Position numbers and translations under genes: made by a program
The notes under the pieces: model-generated
What the model was told of the DNA's origin: nothing
Seen by the model: the letters and a program-made list of their open reading frames with translations, nothing else
Databases searched by the model: none
Shown: positions 59,170 to 64,000 of the stretch, piece after piece
Numbering within the stretch: the stretch's first letter is position 1
Layout of the letters: each line of letters opens with the position of its first letter
From: Bacteroidales bacterium
GTDB taxonomy: Bacteria; Bacteroidota; Bacteroidia; Bacteroidales; VadinHA17
Reading direction: 5' to 3'
DNA length: 64,000 nucleotides
Assembly (NCBI GenBank): GCA_003141715.1
Contig: PLNF01000022.1
Location: forward strand, 15,506 to 79,505

Positions 59170-59805
59170 TCACGTAAAATATGGGTTGGAATTCATTTCC
59201 CGTTCGATTGTTGTTTCATTTCCATGACCAGGATATACGATAGTTGAAGGAGGAAGAACAAATAATTTGTTCCTTATGCTTCCTATAAGTGTGTCATAAT
59301 CACCATCAGGAAGGTCGGTTCTTCCAATACTTCCGGCGAAGAGAGCATCACCTGTAAAAACACAATTGTTTTTTTCACTGTAGAAGGCAAGGCTTCCGGA
59401 AGTATGACCAGGGACATGAAGTGCAACAAGTTCTGTCGTTCCGAAAGTAACCATCTGATTATCTGCTATGAAGCCAGCAGGTTCGGGCGGATTATCCATT
59501 GTCAGGCCAAAAAACATAGCGTGCTGGCTTGCATTTTTTCTGTTCATCTCATCAAATTCACTTGAAAAAGTTCTCAGACCATACTTTTCGAGAACAAACC
59601 TGTTTCCAAAAACGTGATCAAGGTGGCAATGTGTATTTAATAGTAACACCGGATTAATACTTTTATCCTTTATGAAATCTTCAAGTCTTTCATATTCCTG
59701 CTTATCGTAGCAGCCGCAATCAATTATTGCACAATCACCCGAGTCATCAACTAGTATATAGGTGTTTACCTCAATTGGGGAAAAAACAAGATTATAAATT
59801 TTCAT
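59170..59805 (-). CDS. MBL-fold metallo-hydrolase (glyoxalase II-like)
   Basis: 211 aa. It has the HCHLDH motif and downstream His and Asp ligands (PGHTSGS, GDALF, PGHG). Confidence 0.8.
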   Translation of the reverse strand: MKIYNLVFSPIEVNTYILVDDSGDCAIIDCGCYDKQEYERLEDFIKDKSINPVLLLNTHCHLDHVFGNRFVLEKYGLRTFSSEFDEMNRKNASQHAMFFGLTMDNPPEPAGFIADNQMVTFGTTELVALHVPGHTSGSLAFYSEKNNCVFTGDALFAGSIGRTDLPDGDYDTLIGSIRNKLFVLPPSTIVYPGHGNETTIEREMNSNPYFT

Positions 59806-59811
59806 AATAAA

Positions 59812-60462
59812 TTATTTTCCATTTACAGTTCCTTTAAGCATAGGTACAAAAACAAAATTTCCATGTTCGGACTGCTCGAAACCATCAGGTCCGGTACGTT
59901 CCACAACAGTCATAACCTGCGAATTGGAATCACCAAGAGGTACAACCAGCCGTCCTCCGGTTTTAAGTTGTTGAAGGAGTACCTCAGGGACCTCAGCGAC
60001 AGCGGCAGTGATAATAATACCATCAAATGGGCCATACTGGGGCATACCGTCATATCCATCACCATAAAAAAAATCTGCAGAATAGCCTAGTGAAGTAAAA
60101 ATACTCTGAGCTTTTACAAAAAGCTCTCTGAAACGCTCGATAGTATAAACTTTTGCTCCCATCTCGGCAAGTATCGCTGCCTGATAACCCGACCCGGTCC
60201 CAATTTCAAGAATTTTATCCCTTCTTTTCACTCTTAGCAAAGAAGATTGCACAGCAACTGTATAAGGCTGTGATATTGTCTGACCCGATGTAATTGGGAA
60301 AGCTTTATCAACATACGCATGAATGAGAAATGCAGGGTCCATAAAGAGATGCCGTGGAACCGTATCAATGGCTCTCAGTACCTCTTCATCCGAAATCCCT
60401 TTCTGCCGGAGCTCTGCCACAAGTTTTTTTCGCTTTCCTTTTGCTTCAAATGTATCAGTCAT
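59812..60462 (-). CDS. pcm: protein-L-isoaspartate O-methyltransferase
   Basis: 216 aa. It has GQTISQPYTVA and the SAM motif EIGTGSGYQAAIL. Confidence 0.88.
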   Translation of the reverse strand: MTDTFEAKGKRKKLVAELRQKGISDEEVLRAIDTVPRHLFMDPAFLIHAYVDKAFPITSGQTISQPYTVAVQSSLLRVKRRDKILEIGTGSGYQAAILAEMGAKVYTIERFRELFVKAQSIFTSLGYSADFFYGDGYDGMPQYGPFDGIIITAAVAEVPEVLLQQLKTGGRLVVPLGDSNSQVMTVVERTGPDGFEQSEHGNFVFVPMLKGTVNGK

Positions 60463-60570
60463 ATGATCTTCCGGATCAATATTTTATTTCCGACAAAAAT
60501 ATAAAAAATGAGGACAGTAACCGTCTGAAGTTGTACTCATTTCTTAAGTAACCCCAATGAGCTTTTAATA

Positions 60571-61146
60571 TTACTCCAGATTAAATCTTGCTATGGGTTT
60601 ATACACCGGTCCTGATTGAAGGAGGATGCTTTCGTAAAGGATAACCTCGGTTACCGGGATTATTTGTATTTCAGAATTTTGATATTGTTCAATTAAGGCT
60701 TTAAGTGTCTGCTTGTCATTAAGATGTTTTATTCGTCCGATTGTCAGATGAGGATTAAAAGGACGCTCCTCCAGCTTAATGTTCAATTCCTTCAGTCCAT
60801 TCATAATAATTTCATTAAGATGCATCAATTTTTCAGATGGTTCAATACCGGTCCAGATAATACGTGGATCGCTCAGATTTCTGAAAATACCCGAACCATT
60901 GAGAATTAGTTCAAATCTCCCGGTTCCATTGCATTTTTCCTTCAACATTGAACTGATAGCTTTTATCATTTTCTCCTCTGTATCGCCCAGGAAGGCAAGA
61001 GTAATATGGATATTGTCGGGACTTGTCCATTTAATTATGTCTTTACTCAGACCAGATTTAAGTGACGAGATCATCTTTAAAAGAGTCTCTCCAGCCTCAA
61101 CTTTCAATGCGATAAAAATGCGTTTCATTTTATCAATTCTGTTCAC
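60571..61146 (-). CDS. thpR: RNA 2',3'-cyclic phosphodiesterase (2H family, LigT/ThpR)
   Basis: 191 aa. It has two HxT motifs (HITLAFLG and HLTIGR). Confidence 0.82.
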   Translation of the reverse strand: MNRIDKMKRIFIALKVEAGETLLKMISSLKSGLSKDIIKWTSPDNIHITLAFLGDTEEKMIKAISSMLKEKCNGTGRFELILNGSGIFRNLSDPRIIWTGIEPSEKLMHLNEIIMNGLKELNIKLEERPFNPHLTIGRIKHLNDKQTLKALIEQYQNSEIQIIPVTEVILYESILLQSGPVYKPIARFNLE

Positions 61147-61155
61147 GGATTTTAC

Positions 61156-61776
61156 TTATAGCCTTCCTGCATCAATTTCCAGGATGATTGATTCGATAAG
61201 CGCATCATCACCGTATGGATCATATTCTTCTTTAAGGTTTGTCCCGAAAATACGGGCAATCCCCTGCCAGAAAGCGGCGGCAAGCTTTCCATGGTAATCT
61301 TTTATAAGCATATATGATGTATTCTGCGTCTCCCTGTCAATCAGTTTAATAAGCAAGCGACCCTGAGTGATTGTCATATCCCGTATGTCGCCTTCATAAT
61401 CTGCAAAAACATCCTTTTCCACCTTTTTCAAATAATTTTTACGTTCCTTATCACTTTTGATATTATTCATATCCTCGTTTATCTTGGCTAACCTGTTCCT
61501 CACTATTAATGCATAAGGATAAACTTTCTTCAGGTTATAGACAAGTCTATCGTATTTACGAAAATCGCTTTTTTTAGGGAATTTGGCGTGGGCATAGACA
61601 GTCACTTCTTTTATTTCAACTTCCGGCAATGTCACACCATTTCTTTTCACGTTCTGCAGCAGGTAAGATCTTCCCTGCAGAGTATCATTCCTCTGTTTTA
61701 ATGAATCAATCTGTCCCGTGGAATCAGCGACATAAAGAAAGAATACCAGTATTGCGGATATTAATCTCACGAACAA
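61156..61776 (-). CDS. DUF4294 family protein
   Basis: 206 aa. It has a signal-like N-terminus and the blocks KKVYPYA, MTITQGRLLIKLIDRETQNTSY, AAFWQGIARIFGTNLKEEYDP and IESIILEIDAG, as I remember for DUF4294. The start is uncertain (TTG at 61776). Confidence 0.6.
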   Translation of the reverse strand: MFVRLISAILVFFLYVADSTGQIDSLKQRNDTLQGRSYLLQNVKRNGVTLPEVEIKEVTVYAHAKFPKKSDFRKYDRLVYNLKKVYPYALIVRNRLAKINEDMNNIKSDKERKNYLKKVEKDVFADYEGDIRDMTITQGRLLIKLIDRETQNTSYMLIKDYHGKLAAAFWQGIARIFGTNLKEEYDPYGDDALIESIILEIDAGRL

Positions 61777-61784
61777 ATTTTCTG

Positions 61785-61792
61785 CAAATGTA
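61785..61792 (-). promoter_or_regulatory. -7 box (TACATTTG on the minus strand)
   Basis: Exact TAnnTTTG match only 9 nt upstream of the TTG at 61776. This implies a very short leader or a slightly downstream start (GTG at 61770). Confidence 0.3.
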
Positions 61793-61891
61793 TCAAATTC
61801 CGGGCCACATCTTATTATCCATTGAGGTGCTTTTATGGATCAGAAAATCAGGAAAACCTTAATTCCGGTTTGTATTGCACCTTTTAAAAAG

Positions 61892-61899
61892 TACTTTTG
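61892..61899 (+). promoter_or_regulatory. -7 box (TACTTTTG)
   Basis: Exact TAnnTTTG match inside the TTG-extended track ORF. It lies 15 nt upstream of the ATG at 61914. Confidence 0.4.
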
Positions 61900-61913
61900 T
61901 TAAAAGTATTTTT

Positions 61914-62537
61914 ATGGCATTCTCAGTGGAAGATCTCGACGATCAGAAACGATTCAGATTATTTCTGACTATTCCTTACAAGAACCTGATTCAGTTTGTA
62001 TTTGAGTATTTGAAGAAAAAATCAGGACTTATGTTTCTCTTCTGGATTCTTTGTCTTTTATTTCTGTGCATTACAATTTTTATAAGGATAAAAGTTGCAG
62101 GAAACTTCCCGATAACTCACATTCTATTTCACTCTGTGATCGGGCTGATAATTCTGCCGTTAATCTGCATTCCGTTGCATGAACTATTGCATGTTATACC
62201 TTATTACTTTTCCGGAGCAAAAAATATCAGAGTTGGAATGGATCTTAAACAGTATCTCTTTTATGTGACAGCTCACAGGTATGTTGCCACATCACTTCAG
62301 TTCCGGATTGTGGCATGGACACCTTTCCTTATCATAAGTTCAGGGCTGACACTTCTTATCTTACTTCTGCCCGGTTTATGGAAATGGAGTCTTTCGCTCT
62401 TCCTGTTCGCCCATGCAACAATGTGTGCAGGCGATTTTGCATTACTAAATTTGTACTATCTGAACAGAGATAAAAAGATCTACACCTGGGATGATCTGGA
62501 TAAAAAAGAGGCAAACTTTTATGAAGAACTAAGTTGA
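61914..62537 (+). CDS. DUF3267-like membrane protein (putative zincin peptidase)
   Basis: About 207 aa from the ATG at 61914. It has several TM helices and an HExxH motif (LHELLHV). Confidence 0.6.
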   Translation: MAFSVEDLDDQKRFRLFLTIPYKNLIQFVFEYLKKKSGLMFLFWILCLLFLCITIFIRIKVAGNFPITHILFHSVIGLIILPLICIPLHELLHVIPYYFSGAKNIRVGMDLKQYLFYVTAHRYVATSLQFRIVAWTPFLIISSGLTLLILLLPGLWKWSLSLFLFAHATMCAGDFALLNLYYLNRDKKIYTWDDLDKKEANFYEELS

Positions 62538-62556
62538 AAGGTTGAATAGTTGAGTC

Positions 62557-64000
<1,444 letters not shown>

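Noticed and set aside
60779-61297. 172-aa plus-strand ORF spanning thpR and the DUF4294 gene
   Set aside because: It is antisense to two recognised genes and crosses their intergenic gap, with a low-complexity S/I/F-rich translation.

Overview
This AT-rich 64-kb segment reads as core Bacteroidota chromosome. Lineage markers are gldB, a T9SS C-terminal sorting domain, DUF1573, a MurF-alanine racemase fusion, and many TAnnTTTG -7 boxes placed about 15-60 nt upstream of start codons. I call about 57 protein genes, nearly all housekeeping. They include bcp-recA, miaA, smpB, uvrA, lpdA, a znuACB-like operon, meaB, nadE, tdk, rsmI, dnaB, ispE, an acyl-CoA carboxyltransferase with a biotin carrier, tgt, rsmG, rpmH, a futalosine-pathway radical SAM gene, rluD, ddl, gcvP, pcm and thpR. 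Three real genes are missing from the supplied ORF track: an edge-truncated ORF at 1-1060 (-), a 55-aa 2x[4Fe-4S] ferredoxin at 27828-27995 (+), and rpmH at 46343-46501 (+). I saw no rRNA, tRNA, CRISPR array, transposase, integrase, phage gene or recognisable defence gene. I did not find a convincing novel multi-gene system, and the window looks ordinary. The leads worth a second look are: (1) the murF-alr fusion is split by a frameshift at a GAGAG tract; (2) three phased GTTAA pentamers lie between a two-component operon and a divergent secreted protein, a cpxP/cpxRA-like layout; (3) three copies of a hairpin-plus-TTCCAT motif with compensatory stem changes lie downstream of rpmH; (4) a ~100-nt palindrome built from degenerate octamer arrays lies beside gldB; (5) an ECF sigma factor is translationally coupled to a membrane-anchored beta-barrel protein; (6) Tgt lacks the canonical CxCxxC zinc triad. 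All family assignments come from reading motifs by eye, with no database search.
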